From a virus (lineage: Duplodnaviria; Caudoviricetes), in the IMG/VR virus record IMGVR_UViG_3300050821_001527, positions 128,001 through 192,000 of that record: a stretch of DNA of 64,000 bases; one strand, written 5' to 3'. The notes beneath the pieces are model-generated. The model saw only the letters and a program-made list of their open reading frames with translations, did not search any database and was not told the DNA's origin. Below, piece by piece: positions 8,675-18,279 of this stretch. The stretch's first letter is position 1. Each line of letters begins with the position of its first letter. A program made the position numbers and the translations under genes.

Positions 8675-8962
8675 ATGAAACTCACCAAAAAACTCATATC
8701 GCGCTGTGCCCCCATCATCAAATACAACGAAGCGGGGGAACGCCTGCTCGTCGGATACCGCCGCAAGTCCTCGGTGTCCAAAAAGGCCCGCGATACCTAC
8801 ATGCTTTCGATGCCGCAGGTTTTACCGCCAGTCATTGCACCGGACGGAAACCCGCTCTCGAAAATCGTAAGGGATTTGGTCGAGAAGGCCCAATCGGAAA
8901 TTGACAAGGAAAAACTGGAACAAGCCCTAAAGGAAGCCGAAGCCAATGAAAAAGCATCTTAA
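8675..8962 (+). CDS. Hypothetical protein
   Basis: Co-directional ORF. Confidence 0.6.
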   Translation: MKLTKKLISRCAPIIKYNEAGERLLVGYRRKSSVSKKARDTYMLSMPQVLPPVIAPDGNPLSKIVRDLVEKAQSEIDKEKLEQALKEAEANEKAS

Positions 8963-9260
8963 CAAGATTATCGCCCTGTTCGCGGCGGGAGGGCTAGTGA
9001 TAGGTGGCTATCATTTCGGCTCTCAAAGCAAACCTCGCCCGCGCATAATGCTCTATTGGACGAATCCCATGTCGGCCAATACGAATGCGTTCGTCGAGAT
9101 ATGGGCGACCACCAACCTGCATAACTGGAACCTCAAGACTACCATCCCGTCCAGTCAAACCAATATCTACTTCCCGACCACGGAGATTGCGGAATTTTTC
9201 CGACTCAGAAATGCCTTGGTTTCTGGAAGTGTGACGCAGTATTCGGGCTGGAACCAATAA
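8946..9260 (+). CDS. Membrane-anchored/secreted small protein
   Basis: N-terminal hydrophobic helix; EIWATTNLHNW...FFRL. Confidence 0.7.
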   Translation: MKKHLNKIIALFAAGGLVIGGYHFGSQSKPRPRIMLYWTNPMSANTNAFVEIWATTNLHNWNLKTTIPSSQTNIYFPTTEIAEFFRLRNALVSGSVTQYSGWNQ

Positions 9261-9838
9261 TGAAAATCACCCCCAACAGTTTCTTCGACGGGGATTTCTA
9301 TAAGATAAATCTCAACGTTTATCTGTCGAACGGAGGCTTCAAGGATTGCCAGAAGCCCGAAGTCGCGCAAAGGCTGATAAACAAGTTGGGGCGTTTGACG
9401 TGGGGCGGATACGGGGAAAACCGCAAGGATATTTTTCAAAACAGTTATCTGGCCAAGACGGGGAACTTTTATCACTTGGGGGTTGACATTAACGTTCCAA
9501 AGGGAACGCCGGTTAAGGCTCCATTCGATTGCGAAGTCCTGCAAGCGTGGCCCGACCCCGATACCGACATTGGTTGGGGCGGAAGGGTCATCCTCAAGGC
9601 AAGCGATTGGCTACCGTTGCTTGTTCTCGGTCATTTGCACCCAAAGAAACTGCCCTTTTGCCGAGCCTACAAACAGGGAGAAGTTCTTGGGGAAGTCGGG
9701 ACATGGCCGCTCAACGGGAACACGTTTGAACATCTGCATGTCCAATGTATCAAGCATAATAAATTCGATAAATTTGACGGCTACGGAAGTCTTGCCCAGT
9801 TGAGGCACAACCCCGACCCGATGGAAGTAGATTTTTAG
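9260..9838 (+). CDS. M23 family peptidase
   Basis: HLGVD.NVPKGTPVKAP, GWGG, LGHL, HLH. Confidence 0.85.
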   Translation: MKITPNSFFDGDFYKINLNVYLSNGGFKDCQKPEVAQRLINKLGRLTWGGYGENRKDIFQNSYLAKTGNFYHLGVDINVPKGTPVKAPFDCEVLQAWPDPDTDIGWGGRVILKASDWLPLLVLGHLHPKKLPFCRAYKQGEVLGEVGTWPLNGNTFEHLHVQCIKHNKFDKFDGYGSLAQLRHNPDPMEVDF

Positions 9839-9840
9839 GC

Positions 9841-9869
9841 TTGACAACAACCGAATGATTTGATAGATT
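9841..9869 (+). promoter_or_regulatory. sigma70-type promoter for ncRNA
   Basis: TTGACA-17-TAGATT followed by non-coding structured region. Confidence 0.8.
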
Positions 9870-9872
9870 GAG

Positions 9873-10139
9873 GGTTCTGTTTTAAGAGCAAGTCCTACGC
9901 TGTGACGGGTGTAAGCCCCGGCATAGAGGACAAGTTCTCGGCTCTACAGCAGCCGTGGGAGGGAAAACCCGCTATTCACCACATGGTATGAGCAATCCTA
10001 AAGTCCCAAAGGCTAGTGCTGGCCGTAGTAAAGGGAAGGTTGGAGCAGCGACTATTAGCACGTCGCCACCGTAAGGTGAGAAAAATGTAGGACACCCGCA
10101 AGGGAACATAACCGAGGCCATTGCTCTTAAAACAGAATC
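9873..10139 (+). ncRNA. Unassigned ~265-nt structured ncRNA
   Basis: Perfect 17-bp terminal stem (9875-9891/10121-10137), GTCCTAC/GTAGGAC helix, GNRA hairpins, no ORF. Confidence 0.75.
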
Positions 10140-10175
10140 TTTGGTAGCGAGTTGGTTTTTGGTGTAATATCAGGT

Positions 10176-10787
10176 ATGAACAGTGGTATCTACTTGATAA
10201 CCAACATAATCAACGGCAAGAAATACATCGGGTCTTCGTCAAGATTGCATAGGCGTTGGCGCGAACACGTTAGAGATTTGGAGAGGGGAGTTCATCAAAA
10301 CCCCTATTTTCAAAAGGCATGGGACAAACATGGCCTTGCGAGCTTCCAATATTCCGTGCTTGAGGAATGTGATAGGACTCAACTCCTTGCGAGAGAGTCA
10401 TTTTGGATAGAAGCCCACCAGAGCTTTCAGAGGGAATTGGGATATAACCTATGCCGATTCCCTCAACATTATGCCCTTGGCCTCAAACGCCGTCCTGAAA
10501 CGATTGCCCGTATGAGCAAAGCTCTTAGCGGCCAAAACCATCCCGGTTGGGGCAAGAAGCTCCCCAAGTCTCAAGTTAAAAAAATGGCAGATGCTCAACG
10601 AGGGGTTTCTAAACCTACTTCCGGCAGCGAAAGGAAGATATTTGAATTGCTGTCGCCCGAAGGCAAACTCTTGAGAATAAAGGGATTAAGAGTATTTTGT
10701 CGTGAGCAAGACCTTAGCCCTTCCATGATTTGTCGGGTTCTCAGTGGGAAACAGGCCGTTCATAAAGGGTGGTCACTATCTTCTTAA
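10176..10787 (+). mobile_element. GIY-YIG homing endonuclease with NUMOD3-like motif
   Basis: SGIYLITNIINGKKYIGSS; RRPETIARMS...HPGWGKK; flanked by 11-bp direct repeat TCTTAAAACAG. Confidence 0.9.
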
Positions 10788-10811
10788 AACAGTGTAATAA
10801 AAGGTAATAAT

Positions 10812-11477
10812 ATGAAATATTTTACCTTATTGGTGTTGGCCCTTTGTTTGGGATTCGGGTTTCAATCCTATGCGGGTTTTTCGTTTTCGGTCAAGCCACG
10901 TCATTCCATTTTCGCGCCTGCCGCAGCCCCAACGACTGCTTTGCAGCTTCAATTACTGGCTTTACAGCAACAGTTTAACACCCAAAGCCGCAAACTGGAT
11001 TTGGTCAATCAGGCTAAAAACCTCGTAAATGGCAACGCTTTAGACAAGGTTGACCTCATGTGCCTCGAATTGGAAGCCGTGAGCCGTATTGAGAAACTTC
11101 CTTATATCAAGGACGGGCCGAGTGATACTTTGGCTGATTTGCCGAACTGGACTGTCCATGTCATGTCTTTTCTCCCGCCGCCCATTTCCTCGACCAACCC
11201 GCCAGTCGGAACCGCTGCCCAATTACAGGCTCAAATCAGCAGCCTCGAAATCCAAGTAACCATTCAGGAACAACAACTTCTGGAGATTCAGGCGTCGGCC
11301 AACAACCCGTCTCAAATCGTCAATGACGCTTGGTGGCAGAGCCAAGTGGACTGGGCAGCTTGGACGATGGCGTCTGTGGCTCAAACCCTTGCATTGCCGG
11401 TCAGCACCCCCATTTCTAACCTTCCTGCTTGGGCAGCTTCCGTCATGCTTCGTTTGCCACCCAATACCAAACTCTAA
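10812..11477 (+). CDS. Secreted protein with internal duplication
   Basis: Signal peptide; two Q-rich coiled-coil + LPxW..VM..LPP units. Confidence 0.75.
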   Translation: MKYFTLLVLALCLGFGFQSYAGFSFSVKPRHSIFAPAAAPTTALQLQLLALQQQFNTQSRKLDLVNQAKNLVNGNALDKVDLMCLELEAVSRIEKLPYIKDGPSDTLADLPNWTVHVMSFLPPPISSTNPPVGTAAQLQAQISSLEIQVTIQEQQLLEIQASANNPSQIVNDAWWQSQVDWAAWTMASVAQTLALPVSTPISNLPAWAASVMLRLPPNTKL

Positions 11478-11482
11478 AACGT

Positions 11483-11653
11483 ATGAGGGTTATCCTTCTC
11501 TTGATAGCCTTGCTAACGTGTTCTGGTTGCGAGAGTTACTCTCATACCGGAAAGTGGGCACCTGACGGCTTTAATTTCACCGAATATCACGCCCTTGGCA
11601 CACCATTTAGGGGAGACACCCTTGCTGCCGGTTTTAGTTGGAGCCTCAAGTAA
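11483..11653 (+). CDS. Small putative lipoprotein
   Basis: MRVILLLIALLTCSGC lipobox-like. Confidence 0.55.
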   Translation: MRVILLLIALLTCSGCESYSHTGKWAPDGFNFTEYHALGTPFRGDTLAAGFSWSLK

Positions 11654-11660
11654 CTTCTCC

Positions 11661-11689
11661 TTGACAATCCCTGAAAATCTCCCTAGTAT
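11661..11689 (+). promoter_or_regulatory. sigma70-type promoter
   Basis: TTGACA-17-TAGTAT, ATG 6 nt downstream. Confidence 0.85.
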
Positions 11690-11695
11690 TTAGGG

Positions 11696-12331
11696 ATGAC
11701 TGATTTCTTAGACAGAAGCACCGTTTTGGTTCTGAACTCGCTCTATCAACCGATAGGGACGATTTCTCCCAAGAAGGCGCTGGTTGCCCTTAATTCGGCC
11801 TCAGACCAATGTGATATAGCCGCCAAAGCTATTGACATTCAGTATGCTGTAGGCGAAGACGGCAAGTATGACCTCGAAACCGTGGAGACGTTTACTCCAT
11901 GTTCTTTTGAGGAATGGCTGAACGTTACTGTTCGTCCGGGGCTTGACCAGATTATTCACACGTCGAAGATGCAGATTCGCTGCCCGACTGTGGTAATCAC
12001 GAACTACAGCAAGATTCCCATGCGTCGTTTCAGGGCCACGAAGTCCGTCCTTTACGAAATGCAGAAGGGCATCTGCGGTTATTCGGGCGTCAAGTGCAAC
12101 CCGAAGCAACTCAACATCGAACACAAGCTTCCGCGCAGCAAGGGCGGGAAGGACACGTTCGAGAACCTGATGCTCGTCAAGAAGGAAATCAACTTCGCTC
12201 GCGGCAACAAGCCGATGAAGGAACTTGGCCTCAAGCCGCTGTTCCGCCACCAAGAGCCGAAGCCGATTCCGGCGAGCTTCACAATCAAGACGGCTGTGCA
12301 TCCTGATTGGGGTTATTTTATTCAAAAATAA
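11696..12331 (+). CDS. HNH endonuclease family protein (McrA/HNH_5-like)
   Basis: VLVLNSLYQP...ICGYSG...NIEHKLPRSKGGKDTFENL...N..RGNK. Confidence 0.85.
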   Translation: MTDFLDRSTVLVLNSLYQPIGTISPKKALVALNSASDQCDIAAKAIDIQYAVGEDGKYDLETVETFTPCSFEEWLNVTVRPGLDQIIHTSKMQIRCPTVVITNYSKIPMRRFRATKSVLYEMQKGICGYSGVKCNPKQLNIEHKLPRSKGGKDTFENLMLVKKEINFARGNKPMKELGLKPLFRHQEPKPIPASFTIKTAVHPDWGYFIQK

Positions 12332-12345
12332 CCAATAAAATTCAG

Positions 12346-12378
12346 AGCGGGGTCATCGAAAGGTGGCCCCGCTTTTTT
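12346..12378 (+). terminator. Rho-independent terminator
   Basis: GCGGGGTCATC-GAAA-GGTGGCCCCGC-TTTTTT. Confidence 0.9.
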
Positions 12379-12410
12379 GTTAGTATGGGCGGGGACGAGA
12401 TAGAATAGGT

Positions 12411-12725
12411 ATGGAAATTAAGCATACGGACGGCAAAGTCACGGATACCAGTGACATGGATGACATTACGGCGATGATTTTGGAGAAGGCCGAGGAATTT
12501 CGCATTATGTGCAATGAAAACGGGCGTCCTTTCGTGCTTATCGTCGAAGCCAACCCCAAGAAAGTCCACCACAATATGTTTTGGGGCTTGAACCGCGCCG
12601 GTCTGCATCCCGGCAAGAACGAGAAAGACAGCCAAACCTGTTTTAACAACATGATGGAAATGGTCAATGGCTTCGTCAGGCACATTTCCAACGGGGTATT
12701 CACAATCGGCAGACCGCAGCAATAA
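12411..12725 (+). CDS. Hypothetical protein
   Basis: 104 aa ORF. Confidence 0.7.
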   Translation: MEIKHTDGKVTDTSDMDDITAMILEKAEEFRIMCNENGRPFVLIVEANPKKVHHNMFWGLNRAGLHPGKNEKDSQTCFNNMMEMVNGFVRHISNGVFTIGRPQQ

Positions 12726-12730
12726 TTTAC

Positions 12731-12759
12731 TTGACTTTGCCCGAACAAGGGTATATCAT
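12731..12759 (+). promoter_or_regulatory. sigma70-type promoter
   Basis: TTGACT-17-TATCAT, ATG 6 nt downstream. Confidence 0.8.
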
Positions 12760-12765
12760 CAGGTA

Positions 12766-13011
12766 ATGAAACTTAAATTTATCCTATCCTTGGTCGTCCT
12801 TGCCTTTTACGCCCTCGGACTCAAATTGGTGGACTTCTTCTACTCCCCGATTACCGGCACACTTTCCGCACAGCAAGTGAATGACTCCACCACCGATTAC
12901 GCATTAGCCAAGTTTGTCCGTGACGGGCATCTTCAAGGCTCCATGCTCATTCTCACGGTGCTGGCCATCGTCCTGATTTGGCTTATCGTCCCCAACCGCA
13001 AAACCGTTTAA
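12766..13011 (+). CDS. Two-TM membrane protein
   Basis: Two hydrophobic helices; precedes SPFH-like gene. Confidence 0.7.
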   Translation: MKLKFILSLVVLAFYALGLKLVDFFYSPITGTLSAQQVNDSTTDYALAKFVRDGHLQGSMLILTVLAIVLIWLIVPNRKTV

Positions 13012-13039
13012 CTGTCCCTAATCAAAAAAAACAAAAACA

Positions 13040-14059
13040 ATGAAAACACTAAAGTCCCTGCTCATGCTCGCAATGCTCGGCGGTCTGTTGACCGTCACGG
13101 GCTGTATCAAACCCCCGAAGGTGCCAACCTGCGTCGAAATCAAGCCGAATGCTACGGCATGGGTTATCCCGCTGGACGGGAACTCCCAATCAGGACAGGC
13201 TCAGTTCAACTCCGTTGCCTTCTTGGAGGCCAAGAAAGTCGCCACCAAGCGCATCTGGATTGACAAGGTGGAACAGCCCATTGGCCGTTTCAGTTGGGAA
13301 ATTCAATGGATTGATGCCGTCAGGGTTATCGCTGTTGACCGCTCCCTCGTTACCCGCGAATGGACTGCCGATGCCGAAACCGGGACTGCTCAAGCCGACC
13401 AGAGCATCCACGTTAATACCAAGGACAACATCGGTTTGAAAATCGGCATTAACATCACTGTCAGCATTGACGAAAGTGACGCCTCGACGTATCTGTATTA
13501 CCACGGCGAACGCCCTTTGGCTGACGTGACCGACCAGAACCTACGTGGTTTCGTCCTGACAACCTTGAGTGGCGAAGTGGCATCCATGAATCTTGTGGAC
13601 TTCCAAGAAAATCAGGCGGTTATCTACAAAAAATTGTCTGACGTTGTGACCGCCGAATGCAAGAGCAAGGGTATCACCGTGCAGAGTATCGGCAACGCGA
13701 AGGGCTGGCAGTTCATTGACCCGAAGATTCAGGAGTCAATCAACAAGAGTTACATCGCTCAACAGGACAACAAGACGGCGGAAATGGAACAGAACGCCAC
13801 CAAGACGCGCAACGCCACCGCCGTCCTCGTCAATGCGAACGAGAACTCCATCAAGGTCGCTACCGCGCAGGCCCAAGCTGACGCAGCTATCAAGCTCGCG
13901 TCTGCCAAGGAAGCCGCCTCGTTCCAGAACGAGTTGCAAATCAACCTGCTGCTCGCGCAAGCGAAAATGGCGATGGCTACCAAGTGGAACGGCTCGATGC
14001 CCGCGAGCATCCTACCAAGCACGTCACCGCTGCTGTTGAACCTTGGCGACGGCAAGTAA
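13040..14059 (+). CDS. SPFH/band-7-like lipoprotein
   Basis: Lipobox (VTGC), VNTKDNIG..I, C-terminal AQAQADA coiled coil, KWNG.MP. Confidence 0.75.
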   Translation: MKTLKSLLMLAMLGGLLTVTGCIKPPKVPTCVEIKPNATAWVIPLDGNSQSGQAQFNSVAFLEAKKVATKRIWIDKVEQPIGRFSWEIQWIDAVRVIAVDRSLVTREWTADAETGTAQADQSIHVNTKDNIGLKIGINITVSIDESDASTYLYYHGERPLADVTDQNLRGFVLTTLSGEVASMNLVDFQENQAVIYKKLSDVVTAECKSKGITVQSIGNAKGWQFIDPKIQESINKSYIAQQDNKTAEMEQNATKTRNATAVLVNANENSIKVATAQAQADAAIKLASAKEAASFQNELQINLLLAQAKMAMATKWNGSMPASILPSTSPLLLNLGDGK

Positions 14060-14081
14060 AGTTTATCAGCCAATACCCGAG

Positions 14082-14120
14082 ACGCCCGCCAGCGAAAGTT
14101 GGTGGGCGTTTCCTATTTTT
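14082..14120 (+). terminator. Rho-independent terminator
   Basis: 12-bp stem, GAAA loop, T-rich tail. Confidence 0.85.
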
Positions 14121-14158
14121 ACTTGACATTTATTGCCATTTATCGTATTATTTTGAAT

Positions 14159-14647
14159 ATGGAAACCAACGAACGAATCTCTACGCCCAAACTCGAATCC
14201 CTTATGGAATATCTGGAATACCAGTATCCGGCCACCAAGGGGGATATTAAATTGAAACACTTGTGCGCGGAAATTTCGTGCCTCGCCGGGGAGCGCGACA
14301 CCTACAAGGAAGTTTACGAAAGCGCGGTGAAGGACTTGAGCGACCTGCGAGTATTTTTGAGTGGGGGAACGCCGGAAACTTATTCCCTGCACATCAAAAT
14401 CTTGGCAGACACGCTGCTCAAACAGGCAAGAGATTTATTATTCACCAAAAGGCTTATCGCCACCCAAGCCCTTTGGAATTGGCAGACGGGCGACCTTGTG
14501 CATGTGGTCAGTTCCAATAGGACGTATGTGCAAGCCTGCGTTGACCGCTATAACGACAATTTGGGGGCGAGCAATCGCCTCCGCGCCACGGTTGTCCCCG
14601 CCAACGACGCTGCAAGGGTCATTTGGATGCTTGAAAATGAGTCTTGA
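14159..14647 (+). CDS. Hypothetical protein
   Basis: After TTGACA-17-TATTAT promoter (14123-14151). Confidence 0.7.
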   Translation: METNERISTPKLESLMEYLEYQYPATKGDIKLKHLCAEISCLAGERDTYKEVYESAVKDLSDLRVFLSGGTPETYSLHIKILADTLLKQARDLLFTKRLIATQALWNWQTGDLVHVVSSNRTYVQACVDRYNDNLGASNRLRATVVPANDAARVIWMLENES

Positions 14648-14912
14648 GGAACTAATTTGGAGAAAATACCACGAATACTTCCATGAGCTTGGGGTCGCTC
14701 CAAAGACCCTTTCCCTTAGCTATCAAACGTATTACAGGGAATTCCATCAGACTCTCGCCCTACATGACTGGATTGGGCTTGGGTGTCATAGAGGACAGGA
14801 ATTTAGAGGCATGAAAATCAAATGGGTGCAGAAAAAGGGCCATATTCAATGCCTTCCGCGCCCGAAAAAGTATTTGACTTATGCAGAAACGTCAGCTAGT
14901 ATGAATGTATGA
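14637..14912 (+). CDS. Hypothetical protein
   Basis: Overlap chain. Confidence 0.55.
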   Translation: MSLEELIWRKYHEYFHELGVAPKTLSLSYQTYYREFHQTLALHDWIGLGCHRGQEFRGMKIKWVQKKGHIQCLPRPKKYLTYAETSASMNV

Positions 14913-15151
14913 CTAGATACTCTGGAAAAGCTTGGGCCGAAATCCTCAAGGTCGAGATTCTCGAACCGACGGGATGGGATAACGCCACGCACTATGAAAA
15001 CGGCTTGATTGGCAAGCTGGAATTCTGCAATCGCGCTTCCAACAGCAAGCTCAAGACCCAAACCGCCTCGACCCGCCGCGAAGCTTCTGAGAAGCTCCAA
15101 CAGCACTTCAAGAATAATGAGTTGCTGAGAAAATCCGCCGAATCGAAATGA
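14909..15151 (+). CDS. Hypothetical protein
   Basis: Overlap chain. Confidence 0.65.
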   Translation: MTRYSGKAWAEILKVEILEPTGWDNATHYENGLIGKLEFCNRASNSKLKTQTASTRREASEKLQQHFKNNELLRKSAESK

Positions 15152-15498
15152 TTAGGCTGGCAATCATAGGCGGGAGGGATTTTGAGGACTGGGACTCTGC
15201 CAAGCTGTTTTTTGACCGTTGGTTTTTCGGTCGAAAGCTGGAATGTATCGTCTCTGGCGGGGCCGTGGGTGCTGACGCCATTGGTGCGCGACTGGCGAAG
15301 TTATATGATATTCCGCTAGTCGAATACCTTCCCGATTGGGCGACCTACGGTAAACGTGCTGGCTTCATGCGTAACGAGACAATCATCAGAGATTGCACCC
15401 ACGTCCTCGCCTTTTGGGACGGCGTGAGCAAGGGCACGAAGAACAGCCTCGGATGGGCGAAACTTCTCAAGAAGCCTACATTTATTTCATTTTATTGA
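15148..15498 (+). CDS. SLOG family protein (DUF2493/YspA-like)
   Basis: IIGGRDF, IVSGGAVGAD, RAGFMRN, AFWDGVSKGT. Confidence 0.88.
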   Translation: MIRLAIIGGRDFEDWDSAKLFFDRWFFGRKLECIVSGGAVGADAIGARLAKLYDIPLVEYLPDWATYGKRAGFMRNETIIRDCTHVLAFWDGVSKGTKNSLGWAKLLKKPTFISFY

Positions 15499-15503
15499 AT
15501 TTT

Positions 15504-16549
15504 ATGTTTAAACAAGCATACTACTTTTTCGACAGGGAAGTCTTTAGCAAGCTCCCGTATGGCACCACGACCAAGACAAGCAAGCTCTTTGAAAGGGCGG
15601 AAATGGTCATTGGGGAGGACGGGAAGATTCTCAAGGGTGGGGTTGGCCTTATCGGTTGGCTGGCTCCCGAAGCCCTTGGGATATTGAGGAAAAGCTATCG
15701 CGGGCAAATCGTGTTGACGGCGGCACCTTTATGAAAAAATTTAAAGGTGTGCCGGTCAAAGTTCTTCGCCCTCTGGTTGTAAAACAGCCTTACGTCGCCG
15801 GTAAGCCCCAACAAGGGACTCCCATCGTGGACAAGGAAGGCACTTGGGTTCAAGTCGAAATACTCCGTGGTGTTGATAAAGGAAATCGCAGGCCGCTAAC
15901 TTTGGAACAACTAACATGAAACAATCACCCTTTCAAAAATGGTATGTAAAAAACATCAAGGGCACCAGTATGGATTTGGGCGTGGGTGACGGAGCAACCC
16001 GAGGATGGAACGGGGCCATTCTGAAAATCCTTCGTCGCATCCAATACCGAAATCGTATTTTCGAGGGAAACTGGCAGCACGAAGATATTGACACCCTAAT
16101 ATCCGAATTGAAAGAAATGCTTGAAGAATGAGTAAAACCTACGCCATTTCCGAGGAACACTACGAGGCAATCAAGAAATTTGCCCGTAATTTCGCCTACC
16201 ATGACAGGGATTGCGGAATGCACCCGAGTAACATGATGTCCCTAGAGGACTATTGCACTTGCGGATATTCCGACTGGATTGCCTATTTGAAGAAAAAGGA
16301 AGCCACCTTAAAGGAAATTGACCCTTCCAAAATTCTCGCATGATACCCGACCATCTACAAGCCCTTCTGGACAAGCTCTCATTAGATAAACTTGATTACA
16401 GGGAGGAGGGTAACTTTTATCACCACCTTGCGGAAGTGACCGGCGCGGCTGATGCCGAGTGTCTGGACAAGTGCGTGGAAAGAATTTTGGGAGCCTCCCA
16501 CGCCGACTTTAGAAAGGCGTTCGACCTGACTATCGGTAAAACTCCTTGA
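15504..16549 (+). CDS. Run of five short hypothetical ORFs (15504-15734, 15731-15919, 15916-16131, 16128-16343, 16340-16549)
   Basis: Contiguous ATGA-overlap chain. Confidence 0.6.
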
Positions 16550-16608
16550 CTTATACCGCATTTTCCTCTATCATAAAAGAAAAAGAAAAAGAATAAAAGA
16601 GGAAAAAG

Positions 16609-17247
16609 ATGAGAACATTTTTTACATCGGATACACACTTTCACCATGCCAATATTATCAAGTATTGCAATCGTCCATTCAGGGACACGGCTGAAATGAA
16701 CAACACCATTATCACCAACTGGAACGCAAAAGTTGGGGGGAATGACCTGATTTACCATTTGGGAGATTTCGCCTTCGGGCGCGAGGACTGGCATCTGACC
16801 ATGCTCCTTGAAAAGCTGAAAGGCAAGATTATCTTCCTCAAGGGGAACCACGACAGACTCGCTTGGCGCAACCGTCAGCGTTTCTTCGCCTGCTCTGACT
16901 CGTATCGAGAGATTGAAGTCAACGGCCAAGAGATTACCCTGTGTCATTACGCTTTGCGCGTTTGGAACAAGAGCCATCATGGAGCATGGCACCTTTACGG
17001 GCACAGCCACGGCACCCTGCCCGATGACCCGCATTCCCGCAGCTTCGATTGTGGAGTGGACAGCCATAACTTCACGCCATTATCGTTCGAGGAAGTCAAG
17101 GTTATCATGGATAAGAAACTTTGGAAGCCGATTGACCACCACGGCGAAAGACAGGAAGGCGGCGGGGTTGGTCTAAGCGCAGAAGATTACGCGAAGGCAG
17201 ACCGTAAACGCCAGTATGAACAACTGAAAAAGGAATTTGAATTATGA
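16609..17247 (+). CDS. Calcineurin-like phosphoesterase
   Basis: SDTHF.H, LGDF, KGNHD, CHY, GHSH. Confidence 0.92.
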   Translation: MRTFFTSDTHFHHANIIKYCNRPFRDTAEMNNTIITNWNAKVGGNDLIYHLGDFAFGREDWHLTMLLEKLKGKIIFLKGNHDRLAWRNRQRFFACSDSYREIEVNGQEITLCHYALRVWNKSHHGAWHLYGHSHGTLPDDPHSRSFDCGVDSHNFTPLSFEEVKVIMDKKLWKPIDHHGERQEGGGVGLSAEDYAKADRKRQYEQLKKEFEL

Positions 17248-17660
17248 GTTGGAAATTTTGGAAGAAAAAAGTCACACCAGCACCAAAGCCAGAGCCGGTA
17301 ATTCCCGTGCCCGAGCCTCGTTGTTACGTTAAGGCTATCTTGAAAGACCTTGACGACAAGGTTAATTGGGAAGCAAAATACGAGGGCGATTCGAGATTTC
17401 TGTCCTACTCGAACAAGTCCCCAAACCAATACAGACTCCATATCTCAAATAGCGGTTGGTATAGCGGCTGCTACGTCTATGTCAGCTTGGAAGGAATTTC
17501 TTCCAGCGAAATGCAATTCACCGCTCACGAAAGGGAGCTTGTTGGGGAAAAAGCCGCCAAGTTACTCAAATGGATGGACGAAAAACTTTCCCAGTCCAAG
17601 GTGGAGGCAGACGAGAAAAAGTTGAAGAAGCTGTTCCCCGAATGCTATCCGCGCAAATGA
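17244..17660 (+). CDS. Hypothetical protein
   Basis: Overlap chain. Confidence 0.7.
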   Translation: MSWKFWKKKVTPAPKPEPVIPVPEPRCYVKAILKDLDDKVNWEAKYEGDSRFLSYSNKSPNQYRLHISNSGWYSGCYVYVSLEGISSSEMQFTAHERELVGEKAAKLLKWMDEKLSQSKVEADEKKLKKLFPECYPRK

Positions 17661-18052
17661 TTTACTACCTATTCTTAGACGACGTTCGTAAGCCGTTCCA
17701 AGTCACATGGGAGGAACTCCCCTTGGTGAACTGGACTGTCGCCAGAAGCTATGACGACTTCGTAAAGCTTGTAACTTTGATGGGCGTCCCGTCCTGCGTG
17801 TCCTTCGACCACGACTTAGCGGACGAACATTACGAGGATTACCGCGCCGTGGCCCCAAACGAGGCGAGAATCATTGACCCCCTCAAATTAAATTACAAAA
17901 AATATAAAGTCAAAAGTGGATACCACGCCGCCAAGTGGCTCGCGGCCTACTGCGCCAAGCATAAGCAACCCATCCCCGAATACCATATCCACACACTCAA
18001 TCACATAGGCCGACGCAATATCAGCAACCTTCTGGAAGGGGCCAAGAAATGA
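17657..18052 (+). CDS. Cyclic-phosphate-processing receiver-like domain protein
   Basis: YLFLDDVR.P, ARSYDDFV, SFDHDL, IHTLN. Confidence 0.8.
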   Translation: MIYYLFLDDVRKPFQVTWEELPLVNWTVARSYDDFVKLVTLMGVPSCVSFDHDLADEHYEDYRAVAPNEARIIDPLKLNYKKYKVKSGYHAAKWLAAYCAKHKQPIPEYHIHTLNHIGRRNISNLLEGAKK

Positions 18053-18270
18053 AATACGTCTGCTACATGAATTACTACGGGTGGGCGAAGTTCGATGAAT
18101 ACAATGTCTTGATGTTTACTGACAGGGATATTGACCACGCCACCGAATTCAACAATGAGGATGCCGCGTATGCAGCACTCTGGAAGAATTCCGGTTACGA
18201 AGGCCACGTCCTGCAAAAGACTGAAAGCACCCGCATGATTGGACTTGACAGCCCGGAATATAAGAGGTAA
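18049..18270 (+). CDS. Hypothetical protein
   Basis: Overlap chain. Confidence 0.6.
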   Translation: MKYVCYMNYYGWAKFDEYNVLMFTDRDIDHATEFNNEDAAYAALWKNSGYEGHVLQKTESTRMIGLDSPEYKR

Positions 18271-18279
18271 TATTGGTAT

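Noticed and set aside
9878-9889. GTTTTAAGAGC resembles the Cas9 crRNA repeat start GTTTTAGAGC
   Set aside because: Single copy, forms a perfect terminal helix; no spacers, array or cas gene in the window
9873-10139. RNase P RNA or group I intron identity (AAGTCC, ACAGAA, GCGACTA fragments)
   Set aside because: The fragments are not in the required order or pairing; no P4 pseudoknot, P7 partner or flanking exons
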